Source: Octopus vulgaris (lineage: Eukaryota). From it: a stretch of 64,000 bases of DNA. The notes beneath the pieces were generated by a model that saw only the letters and a program-made list of their open reading frames with translations, searched no databases and was not told the origin of the DNA. Positions within the stretch are counted from its first letter, which is position 1. The number at the start of each line of letters is the position of its first letter. A program made the position numbers and the translations under genes. The DNA is taken from NCBI GenBank assembly GCA_951406725.2, contig OX597820.1:42842001-42906000 (forward strand). The letters run 5' to 3'. Positions 41,666-56,914 of this stretch are shown here, in pieces.

Positions 41666-41838
41666 CGGTTGTATACTGTCAATCTAGCACGAACGTGACA
41701 CTAGGGAGTACACCACCGCTGTTTAGCCCTAGGAAGCATCGACGCCTCCTGATGGCTTTGACATCCTAGGGCTAAACAGCGGTGGTGTACCTCCTACTGT
41801 CATGTTCGTGTTAGATTGACAATATACAACCATTCTAT
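41660..41838. repeat. Fold-back (75 bp arms, 29 bp spacer) in (TA)n
   Basis: Arms 41660-41734 and 41764-41838. Confidence 0.85.
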
Positions 41839-41884
41839 CGCCCCACCACCGTACATGTCTCTACGAGAGATTTAGAAATTTAGC

Positions 41885-41934
<50 letters not shown>

Positions 41935-42737
41935 GTCCTTTTTCTTTTATTCTTTTATTTGTTTCAGTCATTTGACTGTGGCCATGTACTTGCAAAACGA
42001 ACTTCATATCCTCACAGCCATGCTTGCTCTAGAGATATACATTTTTGCTACTACGTAGTCCCTGTTGCTTTTTCAACCACTTGCATAACTTGAACGGACA
42101 TACTTGATTAATTGCCAATTATTGTATTCGTGAACAAAATTATCCACTATACGTTTTATTTCATTTAATAATATGTTTATATATGATTTAGAAGGAGATT
42201 TACCTTTTAGTTCAAGCAGATCGGATAACCAGAGTAGAGTCTCCCTTTGTGTCTTTTCTCTAAACGTTTCTAATTTAAGTACAAGGCCATCAATTTTCAG
42301 GGGGAAATTTGTCATAGTATTAAGTACAATATTTGACTTGTACATTAGTTTATCGGCTCCGTGGGGTTGAAAAGTAAATTTGTATCGGGGAGGTTGAAAC
42401 TCACACACGGAGAGATGGAAGAAATACAGTAAGTCATTTTTTTCCCGATGTTCAGCAATTCTCTCAGCTCATCGGTTTGACTTGTCTCCAGTACATTACA
42501 TTAACAAGAGATGGATGGCAAAAGCAGTAGAGTAACTGGGTAAGCTCTTTTACGTATCGAGTTCAAATTCAGTCCGGATTCACTTATATTTCAACAACAT
42601 TCAGGACTGAATAAAAAAGAATAATAATTTATTTAAAAAATTGATCGATTTATTCAATAAGCTAAAGAGAATATCTCTACGTTGTGACTCGACGTTCTAG
42701 AATTAACAGTCAAAATCTCTCTTAGATCTCATCTTAC

Positions 42738-42922
42738 CATCAGGAAAAGTCATCATATTGGCTTGTACATTGGATAGTGTATTTCTGGATAGCTCTACAC
42801 AAACACAAACGACATTAGTTTGTTTGGGCAAGAATGAAGAGCACAACAATACAGTACCAACAAGAACCTCTGCTGTTACGACTACTTCCATATAATTGTG
42901 ACCCAGTGCCGACATTAGACAT
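42738..42922 (-). CDS. Candidate coding exon of an unknown gene (hydrophobic, signal-peptide-like)
   Basis: T-rich tract then TAG acceptor; open frame MSALGHNYMEVVVTAEVLVGTVLLCSSFLP..MMTFPD; G/GTAAGA donor, phase 1. No recognised homology. Confidence 0.25.
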
Positions 42923-43197
42923 CTATATCACACATTTTCATAAAATAAACAAAGCAACAAAAAAAAAGAGAAAAAAAAAAGAAAACTACACAAAATATAA
43001 ACAATGAAAGTAAAAGCACAGTAAACTTCACCTCAATATTACAATAAATTAAACTGTTTCACGCTTCAGTATATGTGTGTGTATGTGAGTGTGTGTGTAT
43101 GTGAGTGTGTGTGTGTATGTGTGTATGTGTGTGTGTGTACATATCTATCCAAAATTTCTATGTATATATATATTTATACACACACACACACAAATAT

Positions 43198-43341
<144 letters not shown>

Positions 43342-43924
43342 TTCCATAAATTAGTTCTTTACGCTGCTGTCATCGCCATCAGCAATTGTAACAACAATTA
43401 CCACAACAAACAGACTCACGCATACACAGAAGGCTTCTGCTCTTTGTTATTCGAAAGTGTTTGTGTTTATGTATTTTACTAAATGTTTTAATATGAAAAT
43501 ATTGCCTATTTCTTTCTTTTATTGTTTGTCAACTAAAAATTCTTGCTATGAATTTCAAATTTTAATACCTACAGACTGAACTATTAACATAGTTCGTACA
43601 CCATAAACATTTAAAAACTAGTATAAAGTAATTTATACCGTTCTACCACCGCTGCTGCCGCCACTAGCTACGTCAACACAACCACAACCACTACCACCAT
43701 CACCACCACCACCTCCAAGACCACCACCACCACCACCAAACTCTCTATCATGAACATTTCTCTTCATTCCTCCTTTTTTCCTCTTCTCTCATTCTCTCTA
43801 TCTCTCTTTGTTCTCTTTGCCTCTCTTTGCATTCTCATATCTCATAATATTGCTATGATGGCTGCTGTTTGATGTACTTTTTTTTCTCTGTTCATGTTCA
43901 TGTTGCTATCATTGTTGACGTCGC

Positions 43925-44260
<336 letters not shown>

Positions 44261-45904
44261 GTAGCAGTATTAGTATTTTGTTGGTAGTGATGTTTCTGAT
44301 GTCGTGTTTGGTGTTTTTGTTGTGATGCTATTTTTCGTCGTTTATTAATTATTTCATTTTTATTACAATTCGTGTATGTTGTTTGGTGTTTGGTGTTTGG
44401 TTCTGGAAAGAGGTATTTGGTGATTGCAGATAAATAAACACATTGCTCGCTGTGAATTTAATTTCTGTTAATTATAATTAATAAATTTGGGAGTCTGGTA
44501 TAGTTTTCAAAATATTTATGGCCGACATCAATAATATAACGCTGAAATGTCCAGAGAATTACCATTCATTTATAAAACTGAACAGATATTTCATGATTTG
44601 GTGTTTAATTATTGAACACACCTCTACAGTGTGAATGTGTGCATAAATTTGTGTATGTATGTCTAAACGTGTACTTCTCTTTGTATAATATGCATGCAGG
44701 ATGATTTTCTACTATATATACTAGTATTAGTTTGTGTGTTTGTCTGAGAGCGTATTGTTAGTCTCTGTATTGTACGAATATTCATTTGTGTAAAAAGTGC
44801 GTTTGCATAAATACGTATTTGTATGACTGTGTTAGTGTATTTTTCCGTGAATATATTTGTACAAAACAGTGTATAAATGTATGTGTGTTATTAAGGATAT
44901 ATATTTGTATGAATGTTATAAGCGAGTGTGTGTATGAATGTGTGTTAGTATGTGTGAATATTTGTCTCAGTGGATCGCGCGTGTGTGTGTGTGTGTATGT
45001 GTGTGTGCGTGCGTGTGTATGCGTGCTTCGTTGATGTACATTGAAACAATAATTTCAGTGATATTTTCTTTCTATTTCGCAAAAACAGATTAAATCACTG
45101 CGAACAATGGTTTTAAAACTTATGTGTGATCTGTCTAAACTGCCAAAGCTTTTGTCGAATGGACCGACTGGCAGACATCTGTACGCATCATCAAAATAAG
45201 TTGTTTGCCAAATCCTATAAAGAAGAACCACAACTCCTGTTAGAGTCTAAGTTGAGAAGCCACAAAACAAGTTCGAAACACGGGTGTTCTCAAATCCCCT
45301 AAACCTATACAAATCGAGTGCTCTAAAAGGAATAGTATTCATTGTAACTTCGGAGTTTCGTCAGCTAATGAAAAGCATCAAGCAATCCTTAAGTTTATTT
45401 TTACAATTTTATTATGACATAAAAACATTAACATGCTTGTATGTATGTGTGTGTGTGCGAGAGCGCGCGCATGTGTGTACATGCCATGTTTTATAAGGAG
45501 TCGAAGAATAGAGCTAGAGCTAGAATCAGGTATCTAAGAATGTCCCCAATACTAGCATCTAGCACTTCGAATCTTATACATATGTAGCTAAACCCCTCAT
45601 ACTCTGACGAATACTAAGCTTCCTGAACATTAATGCTATCTAACTGCAGTCTCACATTTAAGGCATAGACGAAAACAATTTGCAAAACTGGTCTTCCTAT
45701 TTTTGAAGTATAATATTTTTTACCTCTCAACAGTCGCTATCTCTCTACTGGGCGACATCTGAACAGTGCTTCTACTGCACATAAACACATCCTAATAAGT
45801 TATCCGAATGATTTACAGTTGCTTAGAAACACTCCAGCTTATTCAGTAATGAAGTATGGGCCACAGAGAGGCTGACAACGTATCTCCCTATATGTGTGTG
45901 GATG

Positions 45905-45947
<43 letters not shown>

Positions 45948-46269
45948 CGCCTGTACCACTGATTATAGATAGTTTCTTTGCTTAAATTCTATCGTGTGAT
46001 AGAATTTAATGCATTGTGTATTTCATTTCTTTACTTTCTACTGAATTTACATTATCCATAGACCAAAATAATTCGGAATATTTGTTTGAATATGAATATC
46101 TGTTTAGCGTGTTTGTTTCCTAATATTAATTATGATGTACTCAGTCAACAACCTATATGACTCGTTATCGATCATACATATATGCATACATATAAGTATG
46201 CATACATGAATGAGATAGTTGTCTGAACACCCGCGCGACTCAATATTATAGGAAACTTCAAAATCAATG

Positions 46270-47440
46270 GAGAGGTACATGCGCTATACTTTCCAAGCAA
46301 GATTGGAGGCCATGGTCTCAAATCTGTCATATGAATTACATATTGGGACGCTGAAGCAACATCTGCAACAGAGAAAAGAAGCCGTCTATCTTTCCCAAGT
46401 TTGCAATCATGAAGTCAACAACATGATTAAAATAGCTAAAGAGTTTGAGAAGAGACATGAAATAAGAGCTGACACAGGCTTCTGCACAAAGAAGATTGTT
46501 AAATTATATTTCTTGAACAAAATTTAAGAATGGACTTGTTCACTGACATGATAGCGCATGGGTACTTGGTACGAAAGACACAAACCTTGGAAGGAATTGA
46601 TCATATAAAAAGCTTGGCATAGAGTGTCGAAATATTTTTGACATCCCATTTCGAAGGCTCTGCTGTTCGAGAATAAGAGATACCCACCAATTATTTGCAC
46701 CATAAAAGGCAGAAAACATTGACAAACAAGAAATGCAGGTTGTGCAAAACCAAGACTGAAGGCATCAACCATATCATTGCCAACTGCAAGAAAATGTCAT
46801 CCAGATATTGTCTTTCTATGGTGCATGATGCGATGGCCAGAACTGTTTGGGATAGGGTAACAGAAAAAGCCACCAGCAGATGAAGTTAAATATATTCCTT
46901 TCTACTATAAGCACAAGGCCTGAGATTTCGGAAGAGGGGTAGGTTGATTACATCGATCCTAGTGCTCAACTGGTATCTGTTTCATCGACCCTGAAGATAA
47001 TGTCAGCAGAATTTGAACTCAGAACGTGAAGACGGATGAAATGCAGCTAAGCATTTTCCCGGGCGTGCTGACGATTCTGCAAGCTCGCCGCCCCGATGAA
47101 GTTAAATATATTGAGATGAGCAAAATATTGGTGGAACTTAAAGATTAAAACAACCACCAATTTAAAATCAACCGACCATAAGTGGTTAGAAAAATACAGA
47201 AGAAAGAGAGCATATATAATCGATGATAGAGAATTTGCAAATTCTGAACCCAAGATCCACTTTCAGCTTCAAAACTTTTATTACTGGAGTAACAGGAAAC
47301 GTACCAACGTGTCTGGAGCAAAATAAAGCTGAACTTGGGCTCGTGGGGAGAGAACGCCACTCCTTAATTTATATACTACAAATAAGAACGGTACCTGAGC
47401 CTATAGATATCGCCAAGAATTTTCTGGAGATTTGCTGGAA
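46270..47440 (+). mobile_element. Degenerate R4-like LINE C-terminal region
   Basis: CRLCKTKTEGINHIIANC (CCHC) followed by HDAMARTVW and FITGVTG. Confidence 0.75.
46897..47094 (-). mobile_element. SINE family A-related copy nested in the R4-like relic, 18 bp TSD
   Basis: TSD GATGAAGTTAAATATATT at 46879-46896 and 47095-47112. Confidence 0.9.
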
Positions 47441-49879
47441 GATCACTGAAATAAGATACTTTCCTTCACAACTTTGCTACTAAGCAGGTGGCCGGTCAAA
47501 ATTACTTCTAGATAAGAACGCGAAAGAGGACAAACATACATACATACATGCATGCATACATACATACATGCATACATACATACATACATACCCTGTTGTT
47601 GTTGAAATTCCAATGAAAGAGCCTTGTATCTGGTTTACAATCGTCTCTATTGACAAGAAATCCTTAAATAATACTGAATAATGGCATACATACATACATA
47701 CATAACATACATACATACGTACGTACATACATAAAAAATATTTTATTTTCCGTTGCAATGTACTTCAATGTACAGGCTGTGTATCTGGAGATTATTTCGC
47801 TACAGAAAGAACCCTACTTTGTTCAGCATCAACCTTCATAGAAATATATATTCATTAATTAACCGACTAGCTACCTCACGTCTTATGTTTTATTCAAGAC
47901 ACTATATGTTTTAGAAGCAAATGTATTATGGCTCAAATGTCAAGCGTATATCTTCAACAATCGTTAACGATTCGACTCTTTCATTAGTCACAAAACCAAT
48001 TCAATTAAATAAAGGCTCACCATCGATCTTTACGGAGCGCTTTAAATGATTAAAGTAGTTAACATTGAGGCGAACTGGGATTTGAAGTTTGAAGACCGAA
48101 ACAAAATATTTTAAGTATTTAGTCATAGACGTATTTGAGCAGAAAGAAGCCATGTCCCAAAGATTTTGCTTTTAAATGGTTCTGTTAAAGGAATGTTATC
48201 TGCAACCCTATCTTCCTCGCTTTGCTTTCATTACCTTTTTCCTGACTGACATAATAAGCCTAACGGAAAACCTAATTTTTATACAAATACTAGTTGCCTT
48301 CAATAATTGATTGCTTTGAGCCTTGAATAACAACGAACTAGGGAGAATATCAATAACAAGCATCATATTATCAAGAAAACTTGACTTTTATTGAAGATTA
48401 AAATGTTTGAGGTAATGCCCAATCAATACTAGTTACACTATCAATCTTCTACCATTTGAGGCAGATACTCCACTTCCACAAATATCCCTTCAGTAGAAGA
48501 TACCAAAAGTTATATTCCATAAAACCTAACTCCATCCAATCTGTAAAATAGAGTAACGGCAGGGGTCATAATATGTCTGACATACTCAAACAAACCTATG
48601 GCATAAACATCGAAGACAAGAATATCTTGTATTTTATTCTGACGTAGTTTATCTTAAACTACTTCACACAATATTTTGTTTCCATTTTAAGACCCTTAGT
48701 AGTGATGTTGTGGCTGTTATTTGAAAAAGTTCAAGCGATTGCGTAGAGACATACAAGTTAGTTCGTTGAATTAAGTTTGGGCTAGGTAGGCTACTTAACA
48801 CTTTGAAATATTTGGTAGATTCAGCATAGGAAATATTTCAAAATCTGAATCAATATCATCTAAAAGTAGAAATGTCATTTTGGATAAAAGTAAGGTTATT
48901 AGTACAATGAGAATTAATATAAATTTTAATGAGCCAGTATTGACCCACAATTCCCAAATTAGTGAGGGCTAACAAGACGAAAGCATTGATGAATAGTATT
49001 TGGTAAGTATACTTAAAAGAAATTATTAGAGAAAATCTATTAAGGCTTGTGAGATTCTAGTAATAGATCAGAACAGAGTGGAAGATGAAAGGTAGATGAA
49101 AGAAATATTTGAAAGTGATGTAGTTGTTTTGTTGTATAACCCAAAGCAAACTCTGGATTGATCAAAGGTATCCTAGTCATGACTATCAGATTCTCTTCTC
49201 TTTTTCCTTGCTTTTGTCTTTCGAGGGAGAGGGAACTCCGCATTACATTATCCAATATATATTATTCCTTTTCTTCAAACCGGTACAGCTTGATTTGAGG
49301 GAGATTTGGTTACTCTAACTAATATGTTGAAATATGACCTCGTTAGAAATGGCGTACAGGTCAAAGAGGAAAATCAGGGAATTATTGTATGTAAAGGTTA
49401 ACAATACAACTTGTATTTTTAAGAAACAACTATTGAAAAGAATATCGTTTGATATTCGGTGTTTGAAGGTGAAGTATTGATAATTCAAAAGAGTTCTCAA
49501 GACTGGATATACATATATGAGATGAGATACTGTTTTATATCTACTCTTTGTGAATGATTTGATAAATTTCTGTCCACTGAAGAAAGACGGATCCCCTTAT
49601 GCGAAAAGGGATTCGGTTTGAACTCTCATACGTAATATCGAGGAATTAAATTGCGCCTCCTCAAAAAAATGAAATGCATTTCTTTAAAATATACTCATTG
49701 ACAGTATGTTAATGGAAATAAAATGTCTAAAACTTATCGATTTTCTAACCAATCTATGATTTTTTTAGATCAAATATATGCTGTAAAGCCATGACTGCTC
49801 TAAGATGAACTTTTACTTTTTAACTTTCCTTGCACACAATAACTCAGAGCTACATCTAACACGAAATGTTTGAATTGTT

Positions 49880-49933
<54 letters not shown>

Positions 49934-49954
49934 GAGAGAGAGAGAGAGAGAGAA

Positions 49955-50009
<55 letters not shown>

Positions 50010-51407
50010 TATAGATAGATAGATATATATATATAGAGAGAGGTAGATGTGCATATACATATATATAAGTGTACAAGTGTATTTATGAGTATATATATAT
50101 ACACATAAATACATATATATATACTTACATGCGTACGCATGTATCCATGTATGCATGTATGTATGTGTGTATGTATGTATGTATGCATGTATGTATGTAT
50201 GTGGGCGTATGTATGTATGTAGGTATGTACCACGGGCCAATCAACGAGAAATAGTCCACATATCTACGTAGTTGTTTGATCGGTAAGTAATTACTACCAA
50301 ATATGTTTCAGATATCATTCTACTACCTTAGAAATAATGATATTTTGTAAAAATTAAGTGTTGGATATGCAAAAAGAGGACTTGCTCAGAAATGGAATGC
50401 CTTCAATCATACCTCGTTGACTTGGGTCTAACCAACAGCAACACTAACGTCAGTGATAGTAGTAGCAACAACATCATATATATATATATATATATATCAT
50501 AAGAAAATCCAAGACTACATTGAACTCACATGGACCTTGCTTGGTATGTACTAGGAAGTTTTGTTGTAGCCGGAGAACAATGTTGAAGAAAGAGGTGATT
50601 CAGCGAAGCTGGCCCATAGCCAACTAAATAACTCTTAACTTTCTTTTCTCTTCAGCTTTTCGTTTATTAACATCACTTACGTTTTTTCTCGTCTTCCTGT
50701 CCCACGTTATTTAACTCTCTCCTCTCTTTGTCTCTCTCCCTTCTTCGCCTTCTTTCAATGAAACTGTTTTATTTCATATATATAACTATTATGTTTTCCT
50801 TTTTCGTGACATAACTCGTTTTGGTGACATACCTTATTATTCCACATCCATTTACTAGTCTCAAACAACATTGTTTTTTTATTTGTTTTTGTTGGGGTTT
50901 TTTTGTTTGTTTTTTTTTCATATTTCTCCCCTTCCCAATTTTTGCCACAAACTTTTTCTGCCTTTCTTCATCCTCGTTTCTTCTTTTTACTTTTCATACA
51001 ACTTCCGTTTATTTTTTGCTTTTTTTTTTTTGCTTTTTTTTTTTTTTCACACCAATTTCCCGCATACACACTAACGCATACACTACATTCGCTTAACACA
51101 ACTTCTTTCTCAGTCAGTCACTCGCTCTTTCCTTTCTACCAGCTCCAACCTTCCGTACTATTTTCTTCATTTCAATATCATTCTTACACTTCTCTCTTCT
51201 TTCATTGACACCATTTTCTGCATATCTTTGTTTTATATATTTATATATTTTTCTTTGTTAATGTTTTTTTTTTGTTTCATCTCATTTTCTTGCTTTGATC
51301 ACGATCTTTTCATCACTCACTTTTCTCGCCTATCATTCTATCGGCTGTCATCTGTTTTACAACTTTTCCTCGCGTTTTATCTGATTTTCTTTCATTTTGT
51401 ACGCTCT

Positions 51408-51605
<198 letters not shown>

Positions 51606-51822
51606 ATTTTCTTTTCATTCACTCTCTCTACACTTTTCTTACAGCTAGCATAATTTTTTTTAACATGTTTCCATCTGTTTGTTGTTACGTATCTCTCCTT
51701 CAATCTCACTGTAAACCTTCACTCTTCTTTTCCTTCTTTCTCTGCCATGTCTCCCCCTATCTCCGTTTCTGCCTATCTAATATCTGCTCACAATACAATG
51801 AAACATATCGACCCCACCCCTC

Positions 51823-51859
<37 letters not shown>

Positions 51860-52679
51860 ATGAATATCTTGCTTCACCCTCTTTCATTGTACCTATCTGT
51901 ATATTGTTAAAAAATTTTCTCGCATCTGTTTCTTTTGCTCGCCTCCTCTTCCTCTCTATCTATTATCTACGCATGCACGCATATCCTTTTTATATTTTTA
52001 CTCTTCCTTCCATACTCTCCCACACTCTCTGTCTGTCACTTTCTCTCTCTCTCTCTCTCTCTCTCTCCAGCTTCCTCTCTCTCTTGCCTCTAACTATTTC
52101 TGTGTACATAGTCTTATCATCTTTTACTTCCTCATTCGTGCACATTATCTCTGTCTTACGCTCTCTTCATTGGTCTAACTTGGTATCATCCCTATTCGTT
52201 CCAATCGATTTTTTCGATTTTATTTTCGTGTCCATTCCTGAATGGATAAAAATAAGGAATCAATCATATACCGAACTTGATTAATTCGACAACGTCCCTC
52301 CCAGAAAATGTTTGGCCTTATACTTAAATCATAAATCATTACTGTTATTCGTCTACTCGTTACTTTATTACTATTAGCAAGAATAGACCACGAAAATTGA
52401 TTTATTCAAAGCTTGCATCTGTAGACCGGAGTACTCAGTTAGTACAGAGCATATGCCCTTGCTATAAGGTAATTCTAGGTCTGCATGATCTTTCATCGTT
52501 CCGACATGGCTGTCCTTATTTGAGGGTTTCTGACACAATTTCACACAGTTGCTTTCGAATTGTTTTATTTTTGTTTTTGTTTTAGTAATTGATCCTGCAA
52601 AAACCCAAACCATTTCTGAATTTTTTTCTCAGGACGCTCCTTCATATGTTGCCTGTTTGACAATAATAGAGAAACTATG

Positions 52680-52890
52680 TAGCGAGCTGGCAGAATCGTT
52701 AAACCCGCCGGGTAAATACCTAGCGAAATTTTCTCTGTCTTCATGTTCTGAGTTCAAATTCCGACAAAGTTTACTTTGCCTTTCACCCTTTGGGGATCGG
52801 TTGAAATAAATACCAGTTGAGTGTTGGGGTCCATGTAATCGATTTAACCCCACTGCTTCAAAATCGCTGGCCTTGTGCCGAAAATTGAAC
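52680..52890 (+). mobile_element. SINE family A-related
   Basis: GCGAGCTGGCAGAATCGTTA..GAGTTCAAATTCCG. Confidence 0.8.
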
Positions 52891-52929
52891 GCATAATTAT
52901 TCCATTTACGCACAACAGAATACATTAAT

Positions 52930-53089
52930 ATTGGCCTACAAGTAACCTTTAGACGCCAAGAGCCTTACTAAGTATCCTAGATGTTCTTAATAATACCGTC
53001 TTCTCAAGCTGCACAAAATTAGGTTTTATGCCTATTTCCATCTGTTCAAATCCTTAAGAACGCACCTATAACTACAGCGATACAATTTA

Positions 53090-53090
<1 letters not shown>
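52930..53090 (-). mobile_element. R4-like 3' end
   Basis: VVIGA..QLEKTVLLRTSRILSKALGV*. Confidence 0.65.
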
Positions 53091-53399
<309 letters not shown>

Positions 53400-53400
<1 letters not shown>

Positions 53401-54700
53401 AGTAACTTCTGATTAATAGAACTACCCTTGCGGATTGTAAAAGGAGACACAAATTAGCCACGGCATGTTGTGGACTAAATTAAAGCCTACGATATGTTAC
53501 CCTACAACTGGATATGACTGCCTCAAATTTACTCAAGTCCAAGACAATATGTATAGGTTCACAGAAAGATCGATGAGCAACTGCAACTTTCCTGCGAGGA
53601 ATAGTTAGGCTCTGTTAACATACGAAGAGGTATATCTCAGGAAGACAGCTTATTACCATCCTATTCGTCATCTGCATGATCTCCCCGATGTAAGTTCTTA
53701 GAAAGGTGAACATTTCATACGTGCTATAGGTTATTAAGATCAACCATCTTTTATTCATGGATGATTTAAAGCTATTTGCGAAAGATCAGTTCAAAATTGA
53801 CAGCTTAACATCTACTATAAATCTGATTAGTCAGGATAGTGGGATGGAGTTTGGAATAAAAACAAATGTGGCGTTGTAACAATGAAACGTGGTAAACTAA
53901 CAAAGAGTAGAAGGCCACATTATTAAAGAAGCGGGAGAGGAAGGATACAATAATTTAAAAGTCCTTGAATTGGTTAATATCAGAGAGAAAGAAATAAAGG
54001 AGATGGTTAAAAATAAAAGGAATATCTCAGGTGGGAGTGATTTGTAATGTCATCTAAATTGAATGGAAGGAATAGAATCAAGGTAATGAATACCTGGGCT
54101 GTGCTCCTTATGCATTACGGTATAGGATTAATAAAATGGAGGAAAATCGAATTAGAAAGTATTGATAGGAAAACAAAGAAACGGATGGATGACACTGCAT
54201 ACAGAACTCCATCCAATGAGTGATGTTGCATGACTTTATGTTGGAAGACTGAAAGGAGGCAGCGGACTAATAAGAAGTGAAAGTTGTCAAAAGCCAAAAA
54301 AAACAACCGAACTTGGTACATTGAAAATGTAAGAGGTAACATCATGTCAAATTAAGAGACCCCGAAACACCGAAATCTGTTGATGCAGTAACACCACATG
54401 AGTGCAAGAGAGTAAAAAGGAATTTAAGGAATGGAAGCACAAGCTTATGCACGGGCAGAGATAAAGTAGGCATCAGTTGGGATAAGAATTGGTTGTGGCT
54501 TAGAAATGGCAATCTCAAAGGATGCACTGAAGCTTTCGTATGGAACAAAAGAAGAAACGGCCAACCATCTTGTAAGCGAATGTGATAAGTTGGCACAACG
54601 AGAGTGCAAAAGACTACATGCTGACTTTGCCAGATATATCCACCAGATGATGTCTGAGAAACGAGCGATTGTCAAAGTAGCTAAATAATATGAAGCTATC
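53400..54700 (+). mobile_element. Degenerate R4-like RT to CCHC region
   Basis: AYDMLPYNWI, INHLLFMDDLKLFA, GMEFG, SKLNGRNRIKVMNTWA, HGQ, WLWLRNGNLK, ETANHLVSECDKLAQRECKRLH. Confidence 0.85.
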
Positions 54701-54829
54701 CACCACACCACTATCTGTAATATACAATAATCTTCTAGCTGACATGTATATGCTTATAGTAGGCCTATCAACTTGTGCCACACTTCTCATACTTGTACAC
54801 CTATCATAGTTCAGATGCAGAAACTAGGT

Positions 54830-55170
54830 CTATTCATTATAGATAGTTTTAAAAGATAGAATAATTGTTTTTCCCAGGTTATGTAGGCTCCAGATGAAAC
54901 TATTTTGTAAGGAGTTTTATATATTCTGATGTTTTCCAAGAAAGGCATGGATTCCTGAGTAGAGGCAGTAATGCGCTCTTTTAGGGTCTCTGGTGGGTCA
55001 GCAAGGACATTGTTCTTAGCCCTTGTTTATATTCATTGGTTTATCACATATCTCAGATTTCAGACATGATAACGAATGAAACAACTTTTTGAGAATCATA
55101 GTCTTGTCCAGGGTCATAGTTGAAAGGTGAGCCTTTCATTGATCAAGTCTCCTCGGTTGTCACTGGATAT
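54830..55170 (-). mobile_element. Helitron RepHel N-terminal relic
   Basis: FNYDPGQDY..IMSEI* and DPPETLKE..SMPFLENIRIY..VSSGA resemble the PPEPL..FL.NIR.YN.F.MTSFGA motif. Confidence 0.65.
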
Positions 55171-55549
55171 CCGGTGTAGTAGTATTCTCTTTACAGTGAG
55201 TGTCACAGCAACTATCAACCTCAAGCTTTCTGCGAATTGCATTTGTAGAATCCTTTGTTTTTGCTGTTCTCTGAACACACGTCTACATTTAGTACTAGGT
55301 TGAAGGTGAAGCACACATTTTCTTTCACAATATTGAAGTAAATTAAAGTGTTCCGCTCATATAACAACAACAATTGAACAATAACTGCGTGGTAGAGTGT
55401 GGTGCTAACACTAATGCTAACGGTAGAAGTGGTATTGGTAGTGGTGTTAGGTGGTAGTGATGGTATTGGCATATCAGTATTGGTGCAGATAGTATGGGTG
55501 ACAGTGTTGGCTGTTTTGCTTGCTGATAGGGATTATTGTGGTGTTGACA

Positions 55550-55567
55550 GCAACAGCAGCAGCAGTG

Positions 55568-55638
<71 letters not shown>

Positions 55639-55720
55639 TGTTGTTGTTGTTGTTGTTGTTGTTGTAGTATTTGTAGTGGTGGTGGTGGTGGTGGTGGTGG
55701 TGGTGATGGTGGTGGTGACA
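55550..55720. repeat. Compound (CAG)(TAG)(TTG)(TGG) array
   Basis: Directly visible. Confidence 0.95.
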
Positions 55721-56914
55721 GGAGTATTGTAAGTGTGAAAGTGGAAGGAGTGGTTGTGGCATTAGTGTAAGTGGTGAAGGTTTATTGATGGTAGTACTGA
55801 TGAAAATACTAGTGTTTGTAATGGTAGTTGGGAATGTGTTGTTAGTACTGGTGATAGCAGTGATAGCAGAATAGCGATAGAAATGGTTGTGTTAGTATTT
55901 GTGACAGTGGCGGTTGTGGTTCCAGTAGAAATAGAGGTGGCTATAGTAATAATAGTTGTGATAGTGTTTGTGATAGTGGTTGTAATAGTGATGGCAGTGA
56001 TGACGGTATTGGGTGGTGGTGGTGGTGACAGTGGCGGTAATAGTGGAGAAAAAGGATATAGAAATTATGATGTTCGTAACAAAGAAGACCCCGGAGGCGT
56101 TGGTTTGTACAGCTTGTTTGAACACTGAAACTATTTTTTTTAGCCGTCCTAATATATCAGGGAAGCAATTCTCCTCAGAACACATATATTTCTTCCATTC
56201 CCTATACACCGCCCTCTATCTTTATACCATTCTCTGCCTCTCGTTATCACTCTCTATCGTGCAATCTTCAGTCGCTTCTAACCATCATCACTGTATATCT
56301 CGCTATATATCTCTCTATATTCTCTCCCTATTATCCTCCATTTATCTACTATGCTCTCTTTCTTCTTCTCTCGCTCTCTCTCTCTCTCTTTCTCTCTTTC
56401 ATCATATCCCTATCTTTTCTACTTCGTTTCTCTAAAGTTTTTGTTCGGTTCACTTCAGTAATAATATTGAAGAGAAAATGTCCCGGCACCGCATGACCAC
56501 TTCCGGCGGAATCAAACAAGCAGAGATGAAATGAAAATTGACTGATTCAATACAAGGAAAAAGAAAACAAGAAAAGAAACGAACCACCGACAGAAACAAA
56601 GAAAAGAAGAAAAGAAGCACAGCCAGGAACACCAAAGACAGCGATTTAGCAGAATTGGAAAGAAAACAAGGAAAAGAATTAGGCGAGAAAGAGCGAGCGA
56701 GAGAAGGACAGAGAGAGAAAAATGGAGAGAAAGAGAGTGGGAGAGAGAGAGACAGACAGACAGACAGAAAGAGAGGGAAAATGAGGGACAGAGAGAAAGA
56801 GACATAGCATGCACGTCACAATATAGAACGTATAAGAGAAAGAAGTGTTTGAATAAGTATGTATTTCATATATGTATGTTGCCCTCACTCTAAACATCGT
56901 CACATATACATATA

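Noticed and set aside
44330-44640. Cluster of TAATTA/TTTATGG homeodomain-like sites
   Set aside because: Expected by chance in AT-rich DNA; conservation cannot be assessed here.
45604-45680. CTGACGA...GACGAAA
   Set aside because: No stem II pairing; likely chance.
49577-49630. CTGAAGA followed by a long hairpin
   Set aside because: After the hairpin comes GAACT rather than GAAA, and no stems I or III were found. At best a very decayed relic.
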